DNA of 64,000 nt, taken from contig CM060734.1 in assembly GCA_030704615.1 (NCBI GenBank), positions 30,814,001-30,878,000 on the forward strand, read 5' to 3'. This stretch comes from Takakia lepidozioides (lineage: Eukaryota > Plantae > Bryophyta). Of the stretch, positions 50,643 through 64,000 are shown one piece after another (position 1 is the stretch's first letter; every line of letters starts with the position of its first letter). The notes beneath the pieces were generated by a model. That model was not told the DNA's origin, did no database searches, and saw only the letters and a program-made list of their open reading frames with translations. The position numbers were made by a program, and so were the translations under genes.

Positions 50643-52719
50643 TGTGGGAGGTGACCTCTTCTCTGCACCCTCACACCCCGGTACTATGACGGCAGAAATC
50701 CTGCCAGACATGGAAGCCTGGCACACCTGCCCTGCCCCGCCCTACACGCAGTCTCGCACCCACCCATGGTTGTCGACACCCAGCAATTCCTGCTCCCAGA
50801 ATTCCCTGCTACAACCTCGGCATGTACGAGCTCTTCGTGCTGCCTCTCCAACGAGGCTGCGCGCGTACCGATAATTCTTACACAACAATGTGAAGGAAGA
50901 GAGGTCCCCAGAGGGTCCCTCTCTCACATATAAAGAGGGGGGAGGGGGGAGCGAAGTGGGCAGAGCACTGCACCAACTTGGACCGTGCGTGAAAGAACCG
51001 TGCGTGTCACCGCGCGCGCAACGGAGCTGCCCAGTTTTCCTCAGCATCTGAGATCCTTAGCAAGTCTCGAGATCCGCAGAATTCACGAGATTCCACTTCA
51101 GAGTGGCTTCCTCCCCCGCATAGCCTACTTTTGAATCAGAGCTTCATATCATGGGCTCCGACCCTTGGAACGAGCAAGTGCCTAGATCCATTTGTTGGTT
51201 GGATTTCGACATCCGTGTATACGTCTAGCCTGGAAACAGCTATAGCATTTGGGATTTTCTGTTAAACCGAGGGACGTAAGCTTCACGATCATTTTAGTTT
51301 AGACCCTCAACGACAGAGTTACCTATAGTTGAGGTCCAGTCTGGTGGGATATCAGCATATTCCTAGGTTTGTCTGCAGCGCCAGGCTATGGGAGTGCGGC
51401 CGTTGCGCGTCGCCCCGCTTCTCTCAAGTAACCACCTCATTACCTCCTTTGATGTGCTTTCTTGTCTCGAAGGGCACTGTTATTTGGAATGGATTATTCT
51501 CCGCTTTCTGAGATAAAGCAGCGTTTCGCGAATTGTTTTGGGGCCATTTGAGTCCGTCAAAGAGTGAGGTTGCCCTCTTATTGTTGTTCTATGGATTTAT
51601 AAACTCATATGCTCTGCCTACCTCCTCTTCCTTCAATGTGGGAGGTGTGGTTTTGAGTTTATCTCTCTTCTTGTGATTTGGGTTCTACCACATCAGTTTG
51701 AATATTCTACTTGTTTGCCTGTTGCCACAGCGTTCTGGGGGAGGGGGTGCGGGGGCTTGTGTTCTCTGTTTGTGGTGAGTGTATGTCGGTGGCAGAAGAT
51801 CCATTATCGAAGGGCGTGGGTATTTTGTAGGATTTTGTTCTTTAGGCAAATTCTCTCTTTCCCTTGACGGGCCTCCTAGGTTTACAAACTCCCACGTTGA
51901 CTGCAACATGGTTAGTTCGGAATCCGCCGCAATGTGCTGCACAGCGTCAGAATCCTTGTGTTAGGTGAAAGTCTGTGGCAATCACAAAGATTGCAGGATA
52001 TGGACCATGTAGACAGTGGACTTTGCTCGGCCAGTTTAGCTACCAGCTAAACTAGCTCGACACTGTGCTCCTGAGTCTGGATGCTCCTTTTTCTTCGATG
52101 ACCAATTCAAACTTTGTGGGCTTCCAAAACTAGCTTTCAAGAACACCTTTTTCTAGATTGTGTCAGGACTTTAAAAGTATATTTCAGATTTCGGTGGACT
52201 GAATGCATAGTGTTGCATTCGGTTGGGTGCTGACAATGTGATGTGCAGGATGTGCGACCAGGAGCATTTCACAAGACTCAGAAGGCATGGGCAGAAGCCT
52301 TCAAAGTCTATGCAACATGAACTTTTTTCATCCATCGTGCAACAACAGGTGCAGCCTTCCTTACTACTGTGGAGCTCTGTGTCCCCTTGTCAAGGCTCAC
52401 TAGGGGTTTCAGTAGTCAGGGTCCCTAAGTCACGGACGAGAATCAAACACACAGTTTAGCTCTTCATGAGGTGACAACTCCATACAGTGGGATATTCTGA
52501 ATTGATCTGACTTGCTACCAATTTTTCCTCTAGAAGTGCTTGATGCCGAATAGAGTCTTTAGGTTAATTTGCTTAGCTAGTCTCCCGCCCAAAGTGGCAA
52601 TACTCATGGCATTATGTGGGCAATGAATTGCTGATTGTGCACCAGTACTTAGCTGCTGGGGAAAAATATGTGACCGACCTAGCATAAACCTTGGAGAGGG
52701 ATGGGACAGACGGAGGCAG

Positions 52720-55298
52720 ATGTACACAAGAGATAGGGGCATGCTGGGCACAACAGTCCTATGTGTTCGCAAGGATGAGAAGGTTATCATGATAGGAGAT
52801 GGGCAGGTGACACTGGGTTCTGAAATTATCAAGCCAAATGTGCGCAAGGTCCGCAGACTTGGGGACAATGTGATTGGTGGCTTTGCAGGTTTGCAGCCTG
52901 ATTATCTTTTTACCAATTCTTCCTCCTTTTCGTAATCGCTTTTAAGAGTTTGTGATGCTCATTAGATGACATGAAATGGGTTAGCTTTAAGCTGTGATAC
53001 CTGCTGTTACTTGATTAACTCAATTCTTCACAACTAAGATACAGTTCTTAATGACAACTATTTCTCACTGTCCCAGAGCAATCATTATGCAACCTGCCAA
53101 GCCGGCTTGGTAAATAGCTAGGACGAGGCTGTCCTCAAAGGTGAGTCTGTCTACATGCGGTGGTTGTAGTCTTGGTTATTGGAAGGTTTACCGATTTCTG
53201 ACAAGGTGCCCAGTATCTCCAGGGTGCAGAAGATAAAAGTGGCTGATTGTGCAGGGGGCCTTTGCAGGTGCTACTGCAGATTCCTTCACGCTTTTTGAAA
53301 GGCTAGAGACTAAGTTGGAGGAGCATTCCGGTATGTTACTTGCTGCTGTTTGGTTGGTATATGCATGTTCATGGTAACCTTTCTTTGCATGTGGAATGCA
53401 TAGTGCGTCTATCTCATGGTTTGCATCACACCATACAGAAGCTGATGGACATTTTCTGGTGCATTGGTTGCAGGGCAGGTATAAGAAGAACAAAAGGCAT
53501 CTGATTTGATGTACTAGAAACTCAGAGCAGACTCTGCATTGGCGTGTGGACAATTTGTCTTGTCAAAATATTGGGGTTGTGCTTTGTTTATGGGTCCAAA
53601 TCTAGCCTTTAAAGTACTCATGATTAGACCCTGGAAAATGCTGGTGTTGCCCTGTGACTTGAGGTTGCATGGTGGCAGCTGACACGTGCGGCAGTGGAGC
53701 TGGCTAAAGCCTGGCGTACTGACAAGTTTCTCCGACGCCTTGATGTGCGCTCTTTCCCCACTCCTGCTTTACGTAGGACCTCACCAGTGAGAATTGAAAG
53801 ATGGGCTGAAGGAGTACACTCCACGATCTGATGAATAGGTGACTGATTGGATTTTTAAGAACTGGTTTACTATGAGATGGAATTTCCATGATCTTCCGAA
53901 CAGACTGAGGTATCAACTGTTTCAGTTGTAGAGTGGTACCATCAGTAGGGATGTTCTATGAGTAGATGTCCTCAAAGGTACAGCACCTTCAAGGTCGACT
54001 ATACACTACAGTTTTATTTACTCCATCAAGATAAGGCCGTGCTAGATATGGCTCCTATGGCATTTGTGGTTGTTTGTGACATGCCTTTTTGAGGAAGACC
54101 TTTCCATACGAGCAGAGTACTTTCCTTTGCGACCCTAGTGTGGCTCTGTTGTAAGCCCTCTGCATCCTATCTTAGTACTTCGTCTTCAACTCTATTCAAT
54201 CCTTGCTGATGCTTGGCATCATGATCGAAGTCAGTTTCTTCTCGTTTTGTGGAGAATATCATATTGGCAACTGTAAGCTGCTTTCACTTAAAGGAGATTC
54301 ACAGATCATGCAACGCACACATATTTCTATGTGTAGCAGAAGCACGAGGTGAAGCCTGTGAGGCCTGTGTTAAATGAGCACTGTAGATTGACAGGATTGC
54401 AATTCCGAATGTCGAATCAAAAGAATGGTGAAAATTGGTGGTCGGCTGGTTGAAGGGATTGTGTGGGTGGAGTGCAGGCAGTCATGGTGGTGGCAGATGC
54501 TGAGATTTCATTGACTATAACTGGCAATGGTGATGTACTGGAGCCTTATGATGGAGTTATAGGTGGGAATTTCTTGTTCTCCATTTCATTTCATTCTCTA
54601 TATAGTAACCTTTCCCCTTTCCTGGTTGAAGTTACAATGCATAGTTTGGGCAGCATTGCTCTTGCCCATTTCTAATCGATTAGACTGAGGGATGGTCAGT
54701 CATGACACCAGTGGTGGGGCCCAGTGTGGAAAGTATCAGGAAAGTTTGAAGGGGAGGACTTTGGATGCAGGTATTGGTTCAGGAGGGTCATATGCATCAG
54801 CAGCTGCAAGGGCCCTCATCGATCTTCCTGATATGGATGCCGAGAGCATTGGTAAGTTGCCTATCACTATGTGGGCAAGAGTCGGATGCAAGTGCATTAC
54901 AGTCTTCTATTTGTTCCTCACATGATATGTTTTCTAGTATTTTCTTAGATTTACAAGTGTCAATATGTAACCCGTTTGTCTGCTGTGGCTGGGCTTCAGT
55001 AGAATGATTGTATGCAGCGAGGCATCTGTCTTAGTTTAGTGTTCTGGATTTGTGGTTAAACTCAGATCATTACAGTGAAAAATTTCATCTCGTCGGGCAA
55101 AGTTGGATGATGGTTTGTTATGGTGGGGTGGGCCATGCAACAGCAAGAAAAGCAATGAAAATAGCTGCAGATTGTTGCATCTACACCAATCACAACTTTA
55201 CCATTGAGCGCATCGAGGTTGCTGGCACACGGAGCCCTGAAGTGGTAGAACAAGCTGCCAGTATGTCTATGACAGATAGCTCTGTTATTGCAAAGTGA
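52720..55298 (+). CDS. hslV: ATP-dependent protease subunit HslV (ClpQ), multi-exon; targeting-peptide exons probably upstream from ~51388
   Basis: [66 protein letters not shown] and [15 protein letters not shown]. Confidence 0.93.
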
Positions 55299-55778
55299 GA
55301 GAGCTTATGAAAGCAGGATCAAATATTCTTTCTCCTGTCACTTGCATAATCAGGTGATGGTCAGGGGCAAGCCTATGACCAAGCATTTTTCGGGTCAAAT
55401 GTGTGGAAACCAGCAACTGTCAAAGTTAGATTTGTTATGGACCAAGGTGTAATGCTCACAAAATTACCAGTGCCATGTGAATATTGCCTGTCTGTAAATT
55501 TGACAGAAGAAGCATATCATCGGACGGCGATGATCACATCTGCCACACATCTAGAATCTGATACAAGTGAAGTTTCAAAGGTGGCTTGCTATAATGGAGC
55601 AAAAATAATCAAGGAAATTTTAATGTCAAGGGACCTAAATGCCATACATTGTATGGAAAGCCTGTAGGATTGGCAAGAGAATGTATGTCTATTGAGAGCA
55701 AAACTTAAATAAAGAAAACATAGTTTTATTGAGGTGTCAATGGCTTGATGTGTCTTCCTGAGATGGTCTAATTTGCTC

Positions 55779-56560
55779 CTATATCTTCTTGAACCATATT
55801 CTATCTTTGAAATCTATGCTCTCTAGTGTGTCGGTTTGTGACAAGGTGGATAGTTTGAGCCGAGCTCTCAACTTTTGGAATTCCTCGGATCTGCGCAATT
55901 TGAAGTACTTGTTGGTTTCTTCGGACACCAGTTGTTCCTCCGGCACTGTGAAAAGTGCCATGGTGTTTTGGTCTTCTAAGATAGCAGCCTTCTTTAGAGT
56001 TGCAGCTGCCCTTGCCCGAGCCCTCATTACACACTCTTTGCGCATTGCATTTTCTCAGACTCTTTGGCAGATTTTGATCATTGTGGCCTCTTTGGTGCAA
56101 TGCTAGAGTTGAAATTCTCTGCATCTAGAGTTTTCACCTCACCCGTGTCAAGGTCAGCAGTAGCATTATAGGTTTTACGCTTCATGGGTGGTGTTTTCTT
56201 GACCTCCTCTCGCGTATTATCCCAACAAGGCACATTTCAAAATCAGCCAGCAGTGTATGAATGTGAAGCTCCGGGCTCTTGGGTGCTTCGACTCCTAAGG
56301 CGTCCTCAGCAAATGTTGCAGATTCACTCAAAGCGACAACAGCTTGGTAGTTACCCACAATTTTGCGACGTCGTGTTTCATAATCTCCACCTGGTTTCCA
56401 ATGACCTGGCTGGTCTCTCCGCACCACAAGCAAATAGTGCTCTTGTAGTGCTCTTGTACCCTATCCCAGAATGTTGTGTTTTTCTGCCCATTCCCTGTTA
56501 CTGGATCCTGCGAGGTGTATAAAAAAGAGTAGCAAAGTTGACGTTCTTCCTTGGCCACAC
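55779..56560 (-). pseudogene. PIF/Harbinger-type Myb/SANT-like (NAM-associated) protein remnant
   Basis: EERQLCYSFLYTSQDPVTGNGQKNTTFWDRV, MKHDVAK and ALFT..VSEETNKYFKLRR in shifting frames. Confidence 0.65.
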
Positions 56561-58140
56561 CCCTTTTTCCCTCTCGGTGTCGTTGAACAGGCTTCTAGAG
56601 CTGCAGGTGACACCATAGATTCTCCTACCAAGTTGCCAAATGTCACCGATGGCACTTATCGGCCCTACTATGGCTCCCTCTATGGTGCGCAAGTGTGGAG
56701 GGCGGAGCGATGATTTTTGTCGGCACATGCTTGACATATGCCGTGTGGAGTCGCGGGTGGGGATCGTCAAAGGGCACTGCCGAGCACCGGCACAACAAGT
56801 TACCGTTGGTGTGGCACTTGGTGTACCCCGATGGGGATGCTCTAAGGTAGGACTTTGGACCATTTGGGTTTTTTCTTTTTCCTGTTTTTGAGAAAAAGAG
56901 AAAACTCTATTTCACTCATAACGAGGGAAAGAATAAAATCCTAAAAAAAAATGATAAAGCTGCATATGACATAGACGAACCTTTTTTTTTTTCTCTCTCT
57001 CCCGGACAAAGAGGAAGGGTGCCCCAGAATTTGCAAGAGGTGGAAAAAATAACCACCATCCACAGGGTCGCGAAGGCTTCCAGTGGGAAACTACGTGCAA
57101 TCGTGTTTCTCCTCAAATAATAAAAGTAATATATATATATATAAAGAAAAAGGGATAGAAGCCCCTTTAATCAAATTAATAATAAAATAGTCACATCAGT
57201 GGAAAAAAGTAACCACTGCAGAGGCCGTGATGGCTTACTGTGGGGAAACTTCCCCGTGTCCTTAGCAAACTAGGTACTGAAGGCAGAGATAGAGAATTAA
57301 GGGGTAAAAAGAGCGAGGACAGAGTAAGAAATTGATTAGAATGCTAAGAGGTAGTGTTGAGGTAAAACTAAGCAAGGTGTGCTACTTTAGTACTTGAGAT
57401 AAGGTTGCCATTACGAAGAAGACGAGGTAATAAGTAGTTTGTGATCCAGACTAAAAAACGTTAGCTTTTTTGTGGCGCCAGTTGAAATCTGTTTCCTCCC
57501 CCTCACCAGGGGACTTCCCATTGAGGGGGGATGGAGTTTTGCCAGGTAAAATGCATGTTGGGAAGACAGGTGCCGAGCACATTGCCTTTGCCCTAGGGTT
57601 GTTTGAAATCCTATAGCAGCTTCATCCCCTGTTGTTCTGAAGTTTTGGGAATAGTTGTACATACAACGTCCCATGTTTTCCCCCCTCAGTCACCAAATCA
57701 TGGTATATATGAAACAAAACAAATCTGCCTCTTGGGGGTTTGCCCTCATAAACCCAAGCACATTTGGTTTTCCATAGATTCCATAGAGTATGGGCTCTAA
57801 GAGATGCCCACACTGGGCAGATGCTCTAAGGCTGACCAGGCAAAAACTTGATAAGCTAAAAAAGAGGAGATGGTGGGGTCTAAATGAAAAGATAAGTCCC
57901 TAGGAAAGATGTGTACAATTACTTATTTTCATTTTTATGTATTTTTTGGACAATTATTTAGTTATAAAATATATTTAGATATTAGATCAAATTTGATTAA
58001 ATTCTAATTTCTATAATTTGAGACAATGATAGGTAATGTCCTTTGGTTGGGCAGTGTCCCCTTTCTAAGCCTCCATGGCTTATCGTGAGAGGTTATTTTT
58101 TCCTCTTTATCAATGTATTGTCCCTCGGGCCTTTTGGCAA

Positions 58141-58167
58141 AATAATAATAATAATAATAATAATAAT
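58141..58167. repeat. (AAT)n microsatellite
   Basis: Nine consecutive AAT units. Confidence 0.9.
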
Positions 58168-59099
58168 GGCATCTACAAACATACAATCATTCTTTCTGAC
58201 TACTTCTTCGAAAGAAATAATGCTAGAAAATAAAGAAACTTCTCCTCCAGAAAAAATAGGACACCTCAAAGGAAGCGTAAATTATGGTACTGTCTCATGA
58301 CCCTGAAAGGCTCATGCCTTCCAGCCATTCTCTCCTCTAATTTTTTTTTTTTTTTTTCAGGGAAAGGTCGATGGAAGGGTTAACTATTTTGAAGGGGCCT
58401 GATTTGGTGAGCTCTGGGTTGTTTCTCTTTTCAAAGAATGAGAAAAAAAACAGAAAAATCAATAAAATTCTCAGGGCCACCGTCCCCTGTTCTTTAAAAA
58501 AAATTCTAGCAACGACCGAAGGTCTCGGAAGCTCGTTTAGCATAGAGCAGGAATAGGGTGCCATAGTGCCACATCATCGTCGCCACGTTTCGTCGCCACG
58601 TCATTGTCGTCGTCAATTTCTTTGGAATCTGCCCGCCCGAAATATGCCAATAGAAATCGCTGCGCCAACTTTTTCGGAACTCCCCGCAATGCCCGGATCT
58701 TGATCTTCTTGAACTGCAGGAGCTCTGCGTTTTCCGCCATCGTTCACCTTGCAAGCTACAAGCTCTCAACGAATTGAGGAAATCCATGTTGAGGTAGATT
58801 GTCTTGGCAGATGAAGGATCAAGCATAGAAATGTCTTAATGTGGCTTTCGACATTGGGTGAGCCAGTGAGGGTTGTAAAGTTCAAGAATTTGAGTGATAC
58901 GAAAACAGAAAACAACTGGATGGTGAACGTTATGGAGAAGTGTAGTGGAGGGGATTTGTCATGGGGAAGGTATTTACTGAAGTGGATAGAACTCACATTG
59001 AAGTGAGAAAAGAAAAGTTGAAATTTGAACAGAACTGTTTGACTCTGATTGCAATTGCCTTCATTTTAGAGTTGGTTTGAAGTCAAGTTTGACATAGGC

Positions 59100-61340
59100 T
59101 GCAGGGGTGCGGGATGGAGGCTTTGGAGACCTATGAGCAAATGATGGGGGAAGGGGTGAAGCCCGACCACATCACGTTTGTATGTGTTTGCAATGCGTGT
59201 GCTGGAAAAGGGCAAAGAGGTGCATGGTTGCATCGCCAAAGCTGGAATTGTACATACTGAACCATACCCTCGTGGACATGTATGCCAAATGTGGGAGCAT
59301 TGAGGATGCAGAGGGAGTGTTCAACAATATGCCTGAACAACGTCGCGTGACAGGTGGTGTGCTTGAAGTGTTCGAGATTGAGCAATACTTGCTAGAGGCA
59401 GAGTTGTCATGCATCTCTATTCAAGGACAATGTGGTGAGGGCACCTTCTTCTTAGACCTATATCAGCCTGTTTTGCCCTCTCATCAGACTCGGCCTTGAG
59501 ATGCATATTGAATTTTGTCAGTTAGCTCGTTAGCTCGGAGCAGGGATAGAGTGTGGGTCCAGATTCATCCAAGAGGCCAGATTTCAAGCACAAGAGTACC
59601 TGTGATTCCATGTGGATCGATAGCTACAAGAAACCTGCATGGGTAGATGGTCAACTGGAAGCCGCAGAAGCAGCGACACAATTGATAAAATCAGGCATTG
59701 CTAATCAAGGCACCTTCTTCAACTTTTCACCCAGTTTTTCCCTCACAACAGGAAAGCAGCCAAAAATAGGTAACAGAGATGAGGAGAAGCTGTGGAATGA
59801 ATACTTTTCTGACCACATAACGTTTGTGTGCGTGTGCAAGCCTAGCAGCCCTGGAAAAGGGCAAAGAGGTCCATGGTTGCATCGTCAAAGCTGGAAATGT
59901 ACCAAATGTAATTCTGAACAATACCCTTGTGGACATGTATGCCAAATGTGGAGGGAGTGTTCAACAATATGGTTGAATCTGCCTATTTTGCCCTCTCATC
60001 AGACTCGGCCTTGAGATGCATATTGAATTCTGTAAGTTAGCTCGTTGGGTGTATCTGTGGTGGTTAGGAGTGACTTTGACAAGTTACTGCCGATGTGGCA
60101 GCAGGAAAGTATCCAAAAACAGATAACATAGATGAGGAGAAGCTTGTTGACGTTTGTTTGCATTTGCAATGCGTGTGCAAGCCTGGTAGCCCTGGAAAGG
60201 TGCAATGAGGTCCATGGTGACATCGTCAAAGCTGATTTGTACCAGATGTCATCCTGAACACAGCCCTGCTGGACATGTATGTCAAATGTGAGTGCATCGA
60301 GGATGCAAAGGGAGTTTTCGACAGTATGGCTGAAAGAAATGTGGTGTCGTGGAGGGCGATGATTGCAGGATATGCACAGCAAGGGGCGGGATGGAGGCTT
60401 CGGAGACCTATGAGCAAATGATGGGGGAAGGGGTGAAGCCCGACCGCATAACGTTTGTTTGCATTTGCAATGCATGTGCAAGCCTGACAGTTCTGGAAAG
60501 GTGCAAAGTGGTCTATGGTGACATCGTCACATCTGGAATTGTACCCAATGTCATTCTGAACACTGCCCTGCTGGACATGTATGTCAAATGTGAGTGCATC
60601 GAGGATGCAAAGGGAGTTTTTGACAGTATGGCTGAAAGAGATGTGGTGTCGTGGAGGGTGATGATTGCAGAATATGCACAACAAGGGCTCGGGATGGAGG
60701 CGTTGGAGACCTATAAGCAATTGATGTGCAAGCCCAATCGCATAACGTTTGTTTGTATTTGCAATGCGTGTGCAAGCCTGGCAGTTTAGGAAATGTGCAA
60801 TGAGGTCCATGCATGTGACATCGTCAAAGCTGGATTTGTATCAGATGTCATCCTGAACACTGCCCTGCTGGACATGTATGTCAATGTGAGTGCATCGAGG
60901 ATGCAAAGGGAGTGTTCGACAGTATGGCTGAAAGAAATGTGGTGTTGTGGAGTGCGATGATTGCAGGATATGCATAGCAAGGGGCGGGATGGAGGCTTCG
61001 GAGACCTATGAGCAAATGATGTGCGAAGGGGTGAAGCCCAACCGCATAACGTTTGTTTGCATTTGCAATGCGTGTGCAAGCCTGGCAGCTTTGGAAAGGT
61101 GCAATGAGGTCCATGCATGTAACATCGTCAAAACTAGATTTGTACCAGATGTCATCCTGAACACTGCCCTGCAATGTGAGTGCATCGAGGATGCAAATGG
61201 AGTGTTCGACAGGATGGCTGAACGAAATGTGGTGTCGTGGAATTCAATGATCGCAGGATATACCCAGCATGGTTGTCATAGGGAGGTCCTACAACTATTT
61301 GAAGGAATGTAAAATAACGGCTTGAAGCCGGACAGTATCA
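59100..61340 (+). pseudogene. Fragmented PLS-class PPR pseudogene(s)
   Basis: Repeated ALLDMYVKCECIEDAKGVFDSMAERDVVSW / YEQMMGEGVKPDRITFV units with frameshifts, stops and duplicated non-PPR blocks. Confidence 0.85.
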
Positions 61341-61347
61341 CCTTTAT

Positions 61348-63832
61348 ATGTGGTCTCTCTGGATAGATGGTCAACTGAATGCAGCAGTTGCAGCGGCACA
61401 GTTGATGAAATCAGGCACCTCATCCATGGCCACAGCTTCTGAAAGAGGATCAAGAGAGGGAGTCCACAATACCTCTTCTGGCACTTCTGGGCATGTGAAG
61501 ATACTTCGTGCGACAGGCAGACTGGCAGAGGCTCTACAGACTATAAACCAAGGAGGCATTTCAGCAGATTCAGATACGTATGCTTATCTCTTGCTTAAGT
61601 GCATCAAGATAGGAGGTCTGGAAGCTGGAAAGCAGGTGCACACTCACATTATCCAAAGTGGATTCACGTCAATTTTTTTTCTACTCAACTCCCTTGTTAA
61701 CCTGTATGTTAAGTGTGGAAGCATCATGGATGCTCACCAAGTGTTCAACAGAATGCCTCAACGATGTTTGATTATGTGAAACATAATGTTGGCAGGATTT
61801 ACCAAGCACGGGTGTGGTAGGAATGCTTTGGAGACTATGAGCAAATGTTGCGCGAAAGGGTGAAGCCCAACCACATCACATTTGTTTGTGTTTACAATAC
61901 GTGTGCAAGCCGGGGAGCTCTGGAAAAGGGGAAAGAGGTCCATGGTGACATCGTCAAAGTTGGAATTGTACCAGATGTCATTCTGCAAACTGCTCTGGTG
62001 GACATGTATGCCAAATGTGGGTGCATTAAAGATGCGAAGGGAGTTTTCACCACTATGGCTGAACGAGATGTGGTGCCATTGGACGCGATGCTTGCAGGGT
62101 ATGCACAGCAAGAACGTGGTATGGAGGCTTTGGAGACTTATGAACAAATGATGGGAGAAGGGGTGAAGCCCGACCACATCACGTTTGGGTGTGTTTGCAA
62201 TGCCTGTGCAAGCCTGGCAGCTCTGGAAAGGGGCAAAGAGGTCCATGGCGACATCTTCAGAGCTGGAATTGTACCAGATTTCATTCTCAACAATACCCCA
62301 GTGGACATGTTTGCAAAATGTGGGTGCATCTAGGACGCAATGGGAGTGTTCAACACTATGGCTGAACAAGATGTGTCGTCATGCAAGCCTGGCAATCCTA
62401 GAGAAGGGCAAAGAGGTGCATGGGGATATCGTCAAAGCTGGAATTGTACCAAATGTCATTCTAAACACTGCCCTGGCAGCTCTGGAAAAGGGAAAAGAGG
62501 TCCATGGCGACATCTTCAGAGCTGGAATTGTACCAGCTGTCACTCTAAACAATACCCTGGTGGACATGTTTGCAAAATGTGGGTGCATCTAGGATGCAAA
62601 GGGAGTGTTCGACACTATGGTTGAACAAGGTGTGGTGTCGTGGAGTGCGGTGCTTGCAGGGTATGCACAGCAGGGACGTGGGATGGAGGCTTTGGAGACC
62701 TATGAGCAAATGATGTGCGGCGGGGTGAAGCCCGACCACATCACGTTTGTGTGCGTTTGCAGTGCGTGTGCAAGCCTGGCAGCCCTGGAAAAGGGCGAAG
62801 AGGTGCATGGCGACATCGTCAGAGCTGGAATTGTACCAGATGTGATCCTGAACTCTGCCCTGGTGGACATGTATGCCAAATGTGGGTGCATGGAGGATGC
62901 AAAGGGAGTGTTCGACAATATGGCTGAATGAGATGTAGTGTCGTGGAATGCAATGATCGCAGGATATGCACAGCATGGTTGTCATAGGGAGGTCCTGGAA
63001 CTATTTGAAGGAATGCAAAAGAACGGCTTTGAAGCAGTATGTGTTCTCTCTGCATGCAGCCATATTGGCCTTCTAAATGAAGGTAGACACTACTTCGATT
63101 CCCTGATTCAAGATCATGGTGTCACTCCGACAGTATAGCACTTTGGCTGCATGGTGGACCTTCTTGGACGTGTGGGACAACTGGATGAGGCAGTGGACCT
63201 GATTAATAAAATGCCAATCAATCCAGATGTTGTGGTGTGGAAGGCCTTGTTTAGTGCCTGCAGAATCCATGACAATGTAGAGATGGCTCAACGTGCAGCA
63301 ACATCTATCCTCAAGTGGAATAAACAGGATGCCGCGACTTATGTTGCTATCAAACATCTATGTTGTAGCTGGCAGGTGGGTTGATACTGTAAATGTGAGA
63401 AGAATGATGAAGGGTTGAAAAGGAGCCAGGTCGCTGCTGCATTGAGGTTTGCAACAGGGTGCACACCTTCGTTGTAGATGACAAGTTGCATCCCAGAATT
63501 AAGGAAATCCATGTTGAGCTGAGAAGATTGTCTGGGAAGATGAAGGAGGCGGGGTATGTGCCTGACAGGCGCTTTGTATTGCATGATATGGGGAGGAGGA
63601 AAAAGAATTTTCTTTTTGCCATCACAGTGAGAAGCTGGCCATTGGTTTTGGGCTGATCAGCATGACCCCTAGGACGCCTCTCCGTCTCATCAAGAATCTT
63701 CGAGTGTGTGGTGACTGCCACACCTCCACCAAATTCATCTCAAAGATCGTTGGCCGAGCAATTGTTGTACGGGACGCTAACCGCTTTCACCACTTTGAAG
63801 ATGGGATTTGTTCTTGTGGTGATTACTGGTGA
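61348..63832 (+). pseudogene. PLS-E-DYW PPR RNA editing factor pseudogene (DYW:PG type)
   Basis: P-L-S triplets, E motifs (MVDLLGRVGQLDEA), PG box [20 protein letters not shown] and CSCGDYW*; stops at ~62331, 62590, 62929 and 63136 plus frameshifts. Confidence 0.9.
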
Positions 63833-64000
63833 AAGGATGTCTTCTTGGAAAGATGCAAGTGTCTTGCTTCATTCATTGATTTGTGACTTAGCTACTCACA
63901 CCATCCACGATTTCCCGAAAGTATTGACCATGATGTACTGTTGAGTGCATTTCATGTGCCATAAATCCACAGGAAATGATAGTGGGGTCTACCCAGCATA

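Noticed and set aside
58468-58506. Shared element end with 38909-38943
   Set aside because: Only a short similarity (GGGGAC.G.GGCCCT), with no boundaries or TSD to define an element.

Overview
Eukaryotic nuclear DNA, most likely from a non-flowering land plant (spliced HslV gene, PLS-DYW PPR genes, chromoviral Ty3/Gypsy element). The first ~23 kb is a three-level transposon nest. An old Mutator-like (MULE) transposase pseudogene is split by a chromodomain Ty3/Gypsy LTR retrotransposon (1282-18507, TSD GTAGA). The 3' LTR of that element is itself split by a ~10.1 kb DNA element (7696-17799) with an 11-14 bp target duplication. The inner element is the main discovery. It carries a frameshifted MULE-type DDE/SWIM transposase and, divergently, an apparently intact 9-exon gene (~1037 aa) joining a ParB/Srx-like domain (DGNHRLLA) to a beta-class N6A/N4C DNA amino-methyltransferase fold. 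Two introns of that gene hold 11 copies of a 22-bp palindrome (TGAATGTCGT-CA-ACGACATTCA) that look like parS-type dimeric binding sites. Together this suggests a ParB/parS-like self-recognition and DNA-marking or anti-silencing module on a plant transposon; the function is inferred, not shown. The rest of the window holds a Ulp1-like protease remnant, tRNA-derived SINEs, a solo LTR, a P-loop NTPase gene, MnmE/TrmE, BTAF1/MOT1, HslV, a Harbinger Myb-like remnant and a decaying PPR-DYW cluster. Exon boundaries were read by eye; those of the host genes are approximate.
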